The notes beneath the pieces were generated by a model that saw only the letters and a program-made list of their open reading frames with translations, had not been told where the DNA came from and ran no database searches. Positions 20,748 to 30,360 of a stretch of 60,932 nucleotides of DNA are shown here, piece after piece; the first letter of the stretch is position 1; each line of letters opens with the position of its first letter. Source of the stretch: Neophaeotheca triangularis. Lineage: Eukaryota. The position numbers and the translations under genes were made by a program. Where the stretch lies: NCBI GenBank assembly GCA_054600435.1, contig BAAIJX010000085.1, forward strand, positions 1 through 60,932, in the 5' to 3' direction.

Positions 20748-22859
20748 ATGGTGTCGCTGGTACAGTGTGTGCTCCGGCGCACGCGAACAGTTCCGGCCCG
20801 CCACCACCCTGCTCTCCTCTCCCGCTCTCAAACCCGAACGATCAACCTTCAGCACGAGGAAATCGCTCGCGCCCATGAAGACAACAACAAATATCTCCAA
20901 GGGGAAGACGCCAAAGGCATAAAGAATGTTCGCCACAGGAGCCTAGAGTTTACTTCTGCGCTCGAAGCCACCGAAGCCACGCTTGAAAGCCTACGACGCC
21001 CAAAACTACTCCCACACCATGCCGGCCTTAACCAACAAGCCCTGCTCCAGAACTTGGCGACTCGCGTTGGGGTCATGAAACCTATTCTCCACGACATTCG
21101 CAAACATTTGGATGATTTGGAAGGACAAGAGTACCCGTCTCCGCGGCAGGAGAGGGAGGGTTACGCCGCCGAGTTGGCGGGTATGACGCCCGAGCAGCTG
21201 AAGGGTGAGTTGAAGGCGCTTGAGTATGAGCGGAGTAGTAGTAAGGCTGGCTATGAGCGGAGTTTGAAGAAGATGTCGGAGGTGGCGGATGGGTTGGCCA
21301 AAGAACATGGGATTGAGGACAGGGTTAGGGATTGGGAGCAGAGGGCAAGGAAGGCGACGAGCTCGGTGAGTTTTGCTAGACAAGAGGTGGAGGAGGCCGG
21401 GGGGCATTTGGCTGGTTTTAAGGATGCCGAGTTGGCGGACGAGTCGACTGAGTCTGGGGATGATGAATCTGACGGGATATCGTTGGGTTTCAATGACGAC
21501 GTTGACGGTGATGTTGACGAGGGTGGGCTTCAGGGCTTCAAGGATGCGGATCGGGGGAACAATCCACAGGCGTCCAATGCCAAACGGCGTGGAAGCGTAC
21601 GATCGTTGGTGCGGGAGAAGCGAAGAGATGCCTCGCTCATGGTTCGGAAAAAGCTTTCTGTGCGCACACCAATGGGAGCCCGTGAGGTCGAGAACTACAA
21701 TCTGGAGACCCTAGAAAAGACAATCAAAGAAGCAGATCAGGCCTCGAAGTTGCACGCCAGCAAAGTGGTCGACTTAGCAGACAAAGCCTCAAGCGATGTT
21801 GCAAAGGATTCAGGTCAAGCCCTACTTCGGGCAGAGCGCGAATTACACGATGCAACGAGGATGTATGCAGCTGCGCTATTTCGTGACTGGGTGATGAATT
21901 GCAGTGGCGATGTTAACTCGCCTGATCACATGAGGGAGCGAAAAGATTTCTGGGACTCACTCAGCTTTAATGACAGCAAAAGGCCCAAAAGAGCAATACT
22001 CACCATGTTGACCAAGGACTGGGAGGCTTCTTTTCTTCCGGAAACGGGCAAGATGGAATTTTCTTTCAAGTCCAGACTCGCTCGAATGGTATCTGCGAAG
22101 CAACGGTTCATCATAACGCCCGCCAATGCCAGGTCTCTGCTTCCCGCTGATCAAGTGGCCAAAATCGACGTTGACGAACTCATCGAGACTATCAAGCGCA
22201 CGCAATTCCTCTTGCTTCGTGAGGAGCCTTCACAAGCAGACCTGAAGAATTCGTACAGCATACCGGATGATAGGGTCGTTGAGGTAGCAACTCAGAAGGC
22301 CGCACTGTTGGACGCACGCACGATGCTTGCGGCCGTCTATCATGACAAGTGGATCTCACAGACAAGTGAAGGCGCTCCTCACGGAGAGCTCAACGATAAG
22401 GAGTCGAAAAAGTGCCGGGTAAATGACTTACGCCAATTGAACTCGAAGCTGCGTAGCTATCATAGCGTGATTGAAATATTGCGCTTAGGATGGGGTGTGA
22501 GCGTTCACTCCAAGACTGGCACGCTTAAGTTTCTCCAGGAAGAGAGCCCTATAAAGCAACCCGAGCCGAACGGAAACGTGACGGCCGAGAACGACAGCGA
22601 TCAAGGCGCGGCTTCCGCATCCACTTCCACTTCCGAAGGCGACCACCCTTCTCCCGCACCCCCTGGCTCTTGGGCCGACCGGGCAAGTCCCCTGCCGGAG
22701 CAAAATCACCCCAAGCCCCAGCCTCCGATGTATCAACAACAAGCCGAGATCGCCCCTCCCAACCAACCTGCTCGGCAGAAGTCCGAAGCATCCGCGGACT
22801 GGGCGGAGTCCTTGAGGGCCCTAGATGAGGGGATCAAACGAGACACCGGGCGTGGTTGA
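20748..22859 (+). CDS. Hypothetical protein with coiled-coil region, acidic linker and two ~125-aa repeats; possible mitochondrial presequence
   Basis: Long open ORF (first ATG at 20748); Arg/Ser-rich acid-free N-terminus; no family recognised. Confidence 0.75.
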   Translation: MVSLVQCVLRRTRTVPARHHPALLSRSQTRTINLQHEEIARAHEDNNKYLQGEDAKGIKNVRHRSLEFTSALEATEATLESLRRPKLLPHHAGLNQQALLQNLATRVGVMKPILHDIRKHLDDLEGQEYPSPRQEREGYAAELAGMTPEQLKGELKALEYERSSSKAGYERSLKKMSEVADGLAKEHGIEDRVRDWEQRARKATSSVSFARQEVEEAGGHLAGFKDAELADESTESGDDESDGISLGFNDDVDGDVDEGGLQGFKDADRGNNPQASNAKRRGSVRSLVREKRRDASLMVRKKLSVRTPMGAREVENYNLETLEKTIKEADQASKLHASKVVDLADKASSDVAKDSGQALLRAERELHDATRMYAAALFRDWVMNCSGDVNSPDHMRERKDFWDSLSFNDSKRPKRAILTMLTKDWEASFLPETGKMEFSFKSRLARMVSAKQRFIITPANARSLLPADQVAKIDVDELIETIKRTQFLLLREEPSQADLKNSYSIPDDRVVEVATQKAALLDARTMLAAVYHDKWISQTSEGAPHGELNDKESKKCRVNDLRQLNSKLRSYHSVIEILRLGWGVSVHSKTGTLKFLQEESPIKQPEPNGNVTAENDSDQGAASASTSTSEGDHPSPAPPGSWADRASPLPEQNHPKPQPPMYQQQAEIAPPNQPARQKSEASADWAESLRALDEGIKRDTGRG

Positions 22860-24634
22860 AATTGAGGCTGGGCAAGTTCTGGCTACCTATAGGTCAGCTT
22901 AGAAGTATCAGCTCCTAAGGCGCCGAGGCAATGTGATCTAGGTACTGCTTCACTTGAAGTTTGGCTGCGTAGCTTTCAAGGAGCTCGATCCATGCGGCTT
23001 CGCACGCTCGCAGGTACACCTTGTATCGCGAAGCCGGGTTACTTCCATGTCCTCTGAGCGACTTTGGCTGATGTTCTCGAGCGAGACTTGGACGGCTAAG
23101 CCCGTCGCTCCCCATGGCATCGTAGCCAAGGCAGAATCATCGGAACAGATCGGACGCCATGCGAGATCTGCGGCCATTGAAATGTGACGATCGTACAGTG
23201 CTGTTCCGTCGAGGTATCAATCGGGCTGTTTGATCGTGATAGCGGCTACAGAAGCGTTTGGAAGTCGGAAACTCGGCGCTTTAGATGGATGGGGAGCCGG
23301 TCAAGTAGTTGATCATGCCTCCTGCGGCTGGCTTGCGCCTGCTTAGCTTAGAAACGAAGGATTGGAGCCCATGTAGTGGGCGCTGACGCCAGGGATGCAG
23401 GGTTCGGGGCATTGAGTGAAGCAGCTGAGACTAGTTCACGTAACACCAGTGGAGCAGTGTGCCAAATTTGACCACTCAACCCAGCTCTAGATTACGGTGC
23501 TTAGAGCACATTGTTAAGTGACTACGAGCAGGTGATTTCCGTTTCGAACCCGGCCCTTCTGGATCGTGAGCTCCTGAATCGAAGTTGCCCCAGTGCGTGC
23601 AGATTGGCACCAGCGTTACGGCGGCGTGCAATGATTGTCTTTCTCTCCTCTTTACGATTTCATCAGTGCTTTTGCTGCCAAGATCAAGAGCTTGGAGAAG
23701 AGGAAATCACAACAAGAGTCCCACGAGTGAGCTGATGTTACTGGGAGTGACTGGAACCCATCTTGCGCATCGACGCCCGAACCCGACTCACTCCGCTGCT
23801 GAACCAATTCCAGGCGACCTGTTGGGTAAACGTTGGAGGCCACGAGCTTAGGATGAGCCATCGGATATGGCTTTCGGAGCCTCGACAGCGTTGAGCCAAA
23901 GACCTAGAGAGACGCGAAAGCGATTGGTGAGGCAATCGCAGACAACGATACTAGGTGTTGGTCTCCCCGGGCAGACTGAACTCAAGGCAGCGTTGAAAGA
24001 GAAGGACTAGTCAGCGATTTGCGGCAACCATGGCACTACACTCAGCCTAGGGCATCTAGACCGCGAGCGAATGAGGGGAGAGAAAGCAATGTAGGAAAAC
24101 GCGTCACCAAGGCGAATCTGTGCGTGCCTCCGTCCTGGTTTACAGCACCTCACTACCCATCCGACGGCGACCCGCCTACCAAAAAACCTCTTGACTTTAC
24201 AGCAAGTCTCAAAACGCAGCAAATCATCGCATGGCGCAAAGTCATACTCGCATGGTTCTGGTACTGCATTCCGGCATGCGTTCCTGTTATTGACCTCGCA
24301 ACAACCCCCTGCAAGTCTTGCATGGAACCCAGTCGGCTTGTGCCTGAAAAACTATGTAATCTTGATCCAGCGGGATATCAAGAAGCACTTGGGTAGCTGC
24401 TCCAGTATGATGCTGTATCTCAGTGGTTTTGGGAGACGTATCTCCACCCTGCTTCGAACATTGGCCACACGGCGTCCAGTCATCGACTCGAGAGCGACCT
24501 CCTCAAACTCATACCGAAGGTTTGGAGGACTTGCACGGGCATGAGACATCCAACCTTGGCTCAGTTGATGGTCCTGAAAACAAGCTTGTTCCACGGGGCT
24601 GCGAGAAAAATTCGTTTTTTTAGAAAAATGCTAC

Positions 24635-25575
24635 CTAACTCTTCTTGAACATAGTCGTAGCACCGGCCTGGTGGTTCGGGAAGATCAAGCTATCCGCCAC
24701 CACAACATTCTCCCGACGGCTTGCAGTGAAGACGACAATCTCGGCAATGTCATCTCCAGTCAAGGGCTCGCATCCGCTATGTTATGGTCAGTATTTACTA
24801 GTTCTGCATCGATTTGAACCAGGGCATGCTTCAACTTACGCGTACACGGCGTCGGCCTTGCTCTTGTCGCCGTAGAACCGCACCATTGAGAACTCCGTCT
24901 CGACTTGACCAGGGTCAACGCAGATCACGCGAACGCGCTTGTTGATCAGCTCCTTGCGCATAGCCTCGGTGAAGGCTCGCACGGCGGCCTTGGTCGCGCA
25001 GTAGATTGAGCCGTTGGGGTAGGGCTCGCGGCCAGCGATACTACCAATGTTGATGATGTCACCAGCGCCGTCGCCACCGTTGCGTGCCAGCATCCCCGGC
25101 AGAACTTCTTGGGTCATATTGACGAGACCGGTGACGTTGGTCTGGAACATGGTGTTCATGTCTTCCTCGGCGATCTCGGGCGCTCTGGCTACACCTTTGA
25201 CCAAGCCGCTGGGAACAATCGTTAGTCGCTTAGGCCCATGGGATATGTAGACAGGATTTCAGTCTCTTACGCATTGTTGACCAGGACATCGATCTGCTGG
25301 AATTCTTGGGGTAATCTGTTGACGAAGCCTTTGATCTCGCTCGATTTGCTCACGTCGAGCTGTACTGGCAGCACCTTGACGCCGCTGCCGACCTCTTTGC
25401 CGATCTCCTCTGCTAATTGCTTGAGGTTGTCGACTCGTCGGGCTGTGAGGATGAGTTTGAGGTCTGAAGGGCTTGTGCGTGCGAACTCAAGGGCTGTTGA
25501 TTTTCCGATGCCAGATGAAGCGCCGGTGATGAGGACGGTCTTGCCTGATAGGCGCTTGGAAGCTGCTGATGCCAT
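24635..25575 (-). CDS. NADP-dependent 3-hydroxyacid dehydrogenase (YdfG/YMR226C-type SDR), 3 exons
   Basis: Exons 25575-25271, 25208-24840, 24776-24635; TGASSGIG, NNAG, YCATK, PGQVETEFS, PLTGDDIAEIVVF..SRRENVV..FPNHQA. Confidence 0.9.
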
Positions 25576-25893
25576 GATTGATGTGAGGTATTTGTGTGCC
25601 TTTGATTGATTTGGTGGTGTAGGAAAATATATTGAGATGGAATGCTGTGATGTTGATAGTGTTGGAAATGCTGATACTTGCCAATGTCTGGAACAGCGAT
25701 TAGCTGGCCATTTATTTCACTACCAGGGGAGCAGGACCACTATACTATGGGTCGCGTTTCCGTCTGTCGTTTGGCCACTTGTCGTCTGTTGAAGCAGCAA
25801 GAGTTCTCCATGCGAGCATAAGGTACCGCGAGGATTCCGGAGTGGGTTTGTATCTTCCTATAATTCCGCCGATTCGCAGCCGGTTCCGTTTCC

Positions 25894-25904
25894 GTCGGAA
25901 AAGC
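25894..25904 (+). promoter_or_regulatory. Candidate Zn2Cys6 site GTCGGAAAAGC (SDR/aldolase divergent promoter)
   Basis: Identical motif also at 25959-25969 (-) and 27862-27872 (+); 10-mer core at 30047-30056 (-) and 31833-31842 (-). Confidence 0.55.
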
Positions 25905-26258
25905 CATGGAAGTCTACCTTATCCGACATGCCGGCGTACAGTGGGAGGCTTCTATGCTGCTTTTCCGACGCCCTCAAAACGAGTAGGAGGTAATGATGTG
26001 GTCCGGGTACAGTATCTGAGTACCCGCAATCTACGAACAATTGCCGTGGGGTTGCGGAGAGGCGAACATTGGCGAGTAATTGCGAAATGCTTAAGTTGGG
26101 TTGAGGGGATTGTTTTGTTTTCGCTATCATTTTATCGAACTGATTGCCTCCAAAAACGACCTCAACTCTGTAATCCGTGAATCAGATTCTCCAAGACCAA
26201 TCATACTCAATATCAATTAGATACCTGACTACGAGCGTATTTGTCAATTATCTCAGCC

Positions 26259-27299
26259 ATGGCAGTAATTGAAGCCCCGTCGGGCCTCCAAAACGGTGCC
26301 GCCCACACCAATGGATCGAACGGATCGGCCGTCAATGGCTCAACGACGAGACAGTCATCAAAAGTACCACGAGGCGGTGTTTGGACGCCAGCCATTACCT
26401 TCTTCGACCATGACACCGACAATTTGAACCTTGAATCGCAAGCAAAGTACTACTCCTACCTCTCAAAGAGCGGCCTAGGAGGGCTAGTCATCCTGGGAAC
26501 CAACGCAGAGACATTCCTTCTCACCCAAAGCGAGCGCAAACGACTAGTACACTGCGCCAGACAAGCATGCGGTCCCGACTACCCCATCATGGCCGGAGTT
26601 GGCGGCCACAGTACCAAGCAAGTACTCGAATACCTCGACGACGCCGCCTCGGCAGGCGCAGATTACGCTCTCCTCCTTCCCCCGGGATACTTTGGCAAGC
26701 AAACGACCCCCGAGGTCATCGACAGCTTCTTCCATGATGTCGCGACCGCTAGTCCCCTACCCATCGTCATCTACAACTTCCCCACAGTCTGCAACGGCAT
26801 TGATCTCGACTCCGCGACTCTCGCCCGCCTAGCTGCCTCACACCCAAACATTGTCGGCGTGAAGCTCACCTGCGGCGCCGTGGCCAAAATCACCCGTCTT
26901 TCCGCCGAGCTCTCGCCCGAGCGCTACGCAATCTACGGCGGACAATCAGACTTCCTGATCGGCGGTCTGGCCTCGGGAGCCGCAGGCACCATCGCCGGGT
27001 TCGGAAACGTCTTTCCCAAGACCCTAGTCAAGATCTACGATCTCTGGCAAGAAGGCCGTTTCAAGGAGGCCATGGAACTGCATCGGAAAGCTGCGCTCGC
27101 CGAGCAAGGCTGCAAGGCGGGAATCGCGACTGTCAAGTACGCGGCTTCGTACACTACTGCAGTGGCTGCGGGAATCGATAAGAGGGCTGCGATGAAGCAG
27201 CTGAAGCCCAGGCGGCCTTACAAGGAGCCGGGAGAGAAGGAGAAGGCCAACATCGACCGCTTGATCCAGCCGTTGATCGAAATTGAGGCTGCGCTTTGA
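26259..27299 (+). CDS. DHDPS/NAL-family class I aldolase (2-keto-3-deoxy sugar-acid aldolase, GaaC/LGA1-like)
   Basis: GTNAE motif, IYNFP, Schiff-base Lys in GVKLTCG; intronless. Confidence 0.9.
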   Translation: MAVIEAPSGLQNGAAHTNGSNGSAVNGSTTRQSSKVPRGGVWTPAITFFDHDTDNLNLESQAKYYSYLSKSGLGGLVILGTNAETFLLTQSERKRLVHCARQACGPDYPIMAGVGGHSTKQVLEYLDDAASAGADYALLLPPGYFGKQTTPEVIDSFFHDVATASPLPIVIYNFPTVCNGIDLDSATLARLAASHPNIVGVKLTCGAVAKITRLSAELSPERYAIYGGQSDFLIGGLASGAAGTIAGFGNVFPKTLVKIYDLWQEGRFKEAMELHRKAALAEQGCKAGIATVKYAASYTTAVAAGIDKRAAMKQLKPRRPYKEPGEKEKANIDRLIQPLIEIEAAL

Positions 27300-27861
27300 G
27301 TAGTGATAGGGCTAGCTGTTCACGTACAGATGGATTTATGACTGATAGTGACCATAAAATCGCTCCGTGTGCTTCAATGTAGCACTTTGATAGATCTTGA
27401 AGATATCCCGTCACTCTTGCCCGACGCCTCTCAGCAAGTACATGCCAATACCTTTTTTCAGCGAGTTCAGGGGTTTGCATAGCAAGTAGCCCAACAGAGA
27501 AGCTCTCAACGAATCCAATAAGTGTTCGAGACAAGGCTCAACAAACAATCATTGGATTCGGTTTGGTATTGATGGATCTATGGCGGTATGCAAATGCCGG
27601 ACGAATTGGACCAAAAGCTTTTGACAGCCCGCGATTAGCGGGGTCTCGAAACAGCCAATAGGAGACTAGCGTGTCTGAGGTGAAGTCCATTCCCGACCTC
27701 ATCTCGTCAGCCCCTCCACCGTGCTCCAAGGAGTAATGTGTATTTTACGTAGTGATACTCCGAAGTACGGCTATCTCACATATTCCATTTCGCGGGAATG
27801 ATCGTCGGCATTTTGTGATCGCCAAAGGGTGGCAGCTAGGTGAAGGGGGTGCATTCGCGGT

Positions 27862-27872
27862 GTCGGAAAAGC
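27862..27872 (+). promoter_or_regulatory. Candidate Zn2Cys6 site GTCGGAAAAGC (dehydratase promoter)
   Basis: Followed by the variant GACGGAAAAGC at 27882-27892. Confidence 0.55.
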
Positions 27873-28278
27873 TAGGGCGGAGACGGAAAAGCCTCCAAGG
27901 GTGGGGGCTGGGAGGGTGAGAGCACAGACGGGGCGTAACTGGGGTAGACTGCCAAGCATACCAAAGTTCCGCAAGACTCTCCGCTGATCCATCCAAAACA
28001 GCTTCACTTTCACTGCTGCGGCACCCACGGAAGCAGGCTGCTCATCTGGCGGCCTCTTTGCCCCTAAAGCGGCGAGATCGGAAAGGCGCTCGGACATGGC
28101 AGTATCCATTGGACTCCTCAGGACGGAGAAATGCTCCAGCGCCTATGTAAGCGTGTCAATAGAAAGCATACATGTAAGTCGGAGCATCCAGGTAGCTGCC
28201 TTTCTTGCCCTTCGCAACTCTCTCAGCGCTTCGAAGCAACTCACACTTACTCCACCTACTCCGCGTTAATCAAACGCC

Positions 28279-29571
28279 ATGGCTACCTCCGCGCCGACAA
28301 TCAAGGACATCGTGATCACACCCGTTGCTTTCCACGACCCCCCGTTGCTCAACGCTGTTGGAGTCCACGAACCTTATGCTCTCAGGAGTGTCATCGAACT
28401 CATTACGGACCGTAAAGATGGAGAGGAAGCAGTCTACGGCCTCGGCGAGTCGTACGGAGACTCCACGCACATCTCGCGCCTACAGAAAGCAGCCGAGAGC
28501 ATCAAAGGACTCGGCGTCTATCAGACAAACAAGATCTACCAAGCATGCGTGGACTCGCTCGTGGACGACAAATCCACTGGCGGTGACGGTATGGCGGGCA
28601 TGGTCACAACAGCATCGGCAGCGGACAAGGTGTTTTCACCATTTGAAGTGGCGTGCTTGGATATCCAGGGGAAAATTGCCGGTTTGCCTGTAAGCGATCT
28701 GCTCGGAGGGCAAGTGAGACCGAAGGTGGACTACTCGGCCTATCTATTTTACAAATGGGCTGCACACCCGGGAATGGATGAAGACGAGTATGGCGAAGCT
28801 TTGAATCCCGAAGGACTGATCAAGCAGGCTAAGAAGATGATTGATGAGTACGGTTTCAAAGCGATCAAGGTCAAGGGGGGTGTATTCCCGCCTCAAGAAG
28901 AAATCGATGCCATAAAAGCGCTGCGCAAGGCTTTCCCGGACTTGCCGTTGAGACTGGATCCAAATGCCGCATGGACTGTAGAGACGTCAAAGTGGGTCGG
29001 CAAGGAGCTCGAAGGCATCGTTGAGTATCTCGAAGACCCCGCACCAGAAATAGAGGGCATGGCAGAAGTGGTAAAGGGAGTCTCAATGCCCCTTGCCACT
29101 AACATGTGTACCGTGTCGTTCAGCCATCTGCCTCCCACAATCGCACAGAACGCCGTCCAAGTCGTCTTATCAGACCATCACTTCTGGGGCGGACTCCGGA
29201 AGTCGCAAACTCTCGCCTCCATCTGCTCAGTCTGGAACATGCGCTTATCGATGCACTCCAACAGCCACTTGGGGATCTCACTCGCCGCTATGACGCATTT
29301 AGCCTCGGCGACCCCGAATCTCGACTACGCATGCGACACCCATTGGCCGTGGAAACGCCGGGACGAGGACGTGGTCCAAGAGGGGGCTCTCAAGTGGAGA
29401 GACGGCGGAGTCGTAGTGCCCACGGCACCGGGATTGGGTATTGAGCTTGATAGAGAGAGGCTTGCTGCGCTGCATGAGCTGTACTTGAAGTGCGGACTGA
29501 GGAAAAGGGACGACACTGCGTACATGAGGAAGTTCCAACCAGATTTCTCTGCTGCATTGGCGCGATGGTGA
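28279..29571 (+). CDS. Glucarate dehydratase-like enolase-superfamily enzyme
   Basis: KVKGG (KxK), LDPNAAW, YLEDP, ATNM, DHHFWGG, MHSNSH, DTHWPW match the GudD subgroup signature; intronless. Confidence 0.9.
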   Translation: MATSAPTIKDIVITPVAFHDPPLLNAVGVHEPYALRSVIELITDRKDGEEAVYGLGESYGDSTHISRLQKAAESIKGLGVYQTNKIYQACVDSLVDDKSTGGDGMAGMVTTASAADKVFSPFEVACLDIQGKIAGLPVSDLLGGQVRPKVDYSAYLFYKWAAHPGMDEDEYGEALNPEGLIKQAKKMIDEYGFKAIKVKGGVFPPQEEIDAIKALRKAFPDLPLRLDPNAAWTVETSKWVGKELEGIVEYLEDPAPEIEGMAEVVKGVSMPLATNMCTVSFSHLPPTIAQNAVQVVLSDHHFWGGLRKSQTLASICSVWNMRLSMHSNSHLGISLAAMTHLASATPNLDYACDTHWPWKRRDEDVVQEGALKWRDGGVVVPTAPGLGIELDRERLAALHELYLKCGLRKRDDTAYMRKFQPDFSAALARW

Positions 29572-30046
29572 GGGGTGTGGCAGGCTAGCTGCTCCAGCAT
29601 TCTGAAGCGTATCGATCCAATTCACCTTGCCTTCTCCTGAGCATGATGCGCCACCCACGGAAATCTCTGAGCTCGTGACTGTGAAAAAGGCCTCGGATAA
29701 TGATGATACGTACCCGGCCCTATAGACGACACGGATTGGGACTGGCTCACCATCGATGACAACGGACTGATGGGGTGTGTGCGATCCGCTCGTTTGCAGG
29801 CATCCGCCTAAACAGTGAGACGGCAATGACTACCCAGGAGCCAGTGCCAGAATGCAGTTTTGCCATGACTGGGATCCTGGCAGTGCCGTACTTTAATTCC
29901 TTCCGGAGCCCGCCGCCTCGCGATATCCGCAAGTTCCGACGGCCATCAAAACATATCCGATTCGTCAAGCGAAGCGGAACCTTTGACTTTCCCATCGCCA
30001 ACACCACATCTCCGCAAATTTTGCGGGTTTACCAGGTGCTAGGACA

Positions 30047-30056
30047 CTTTTCCGAC
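30047..30056 (-). promoter_or_regulatory. Candidate Zn2Cys6 site GTCGGAAAAG (MFS promoter)
   Basis: CTTTTCCGAC on the + strand, about 300 nt upstream of the MFS ATG. Confidence 0.5.
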
Positions 30057-30360
30057 ACTTGCGGATGCGTAGTTTGCCACTAGCATGCACCCCGCACTAC
30101 TGAGAGCCAGGGAATGCCTTCCTCTTGCGTGAGGCGGGCCATGCGCAGCGGAGCTGGGGTCCCCAGATGTACCACATGGTGTCCGCCCATGGGGGTAGGC
30201 TTGGTCGATGGAAACCTCATATAACTGCCACCTTTGTCCCCGGATCCAACCCAGTAGCTCCCATCCCATCGATTCAATAGAAAACCCTTCTCTGAACTAT
30301 CCTTTCGCGAGACACTCTCGGTTCTGAGCCACCAGCACAATCAACAACACCATCAACGAT

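Noticed and set aside
23530..23600. tRNA-like GGTTCGAA on the minus strand
   Set aside because: No cloverleaf, acceptor stem or D-arm.
22900..24600. Short ORFs suggesting a pseudogene or transposon relic; likewise 6300-7550 and 59400-60700
   Set aside because: No recognisable domain, terminal repeats or consistent frame.
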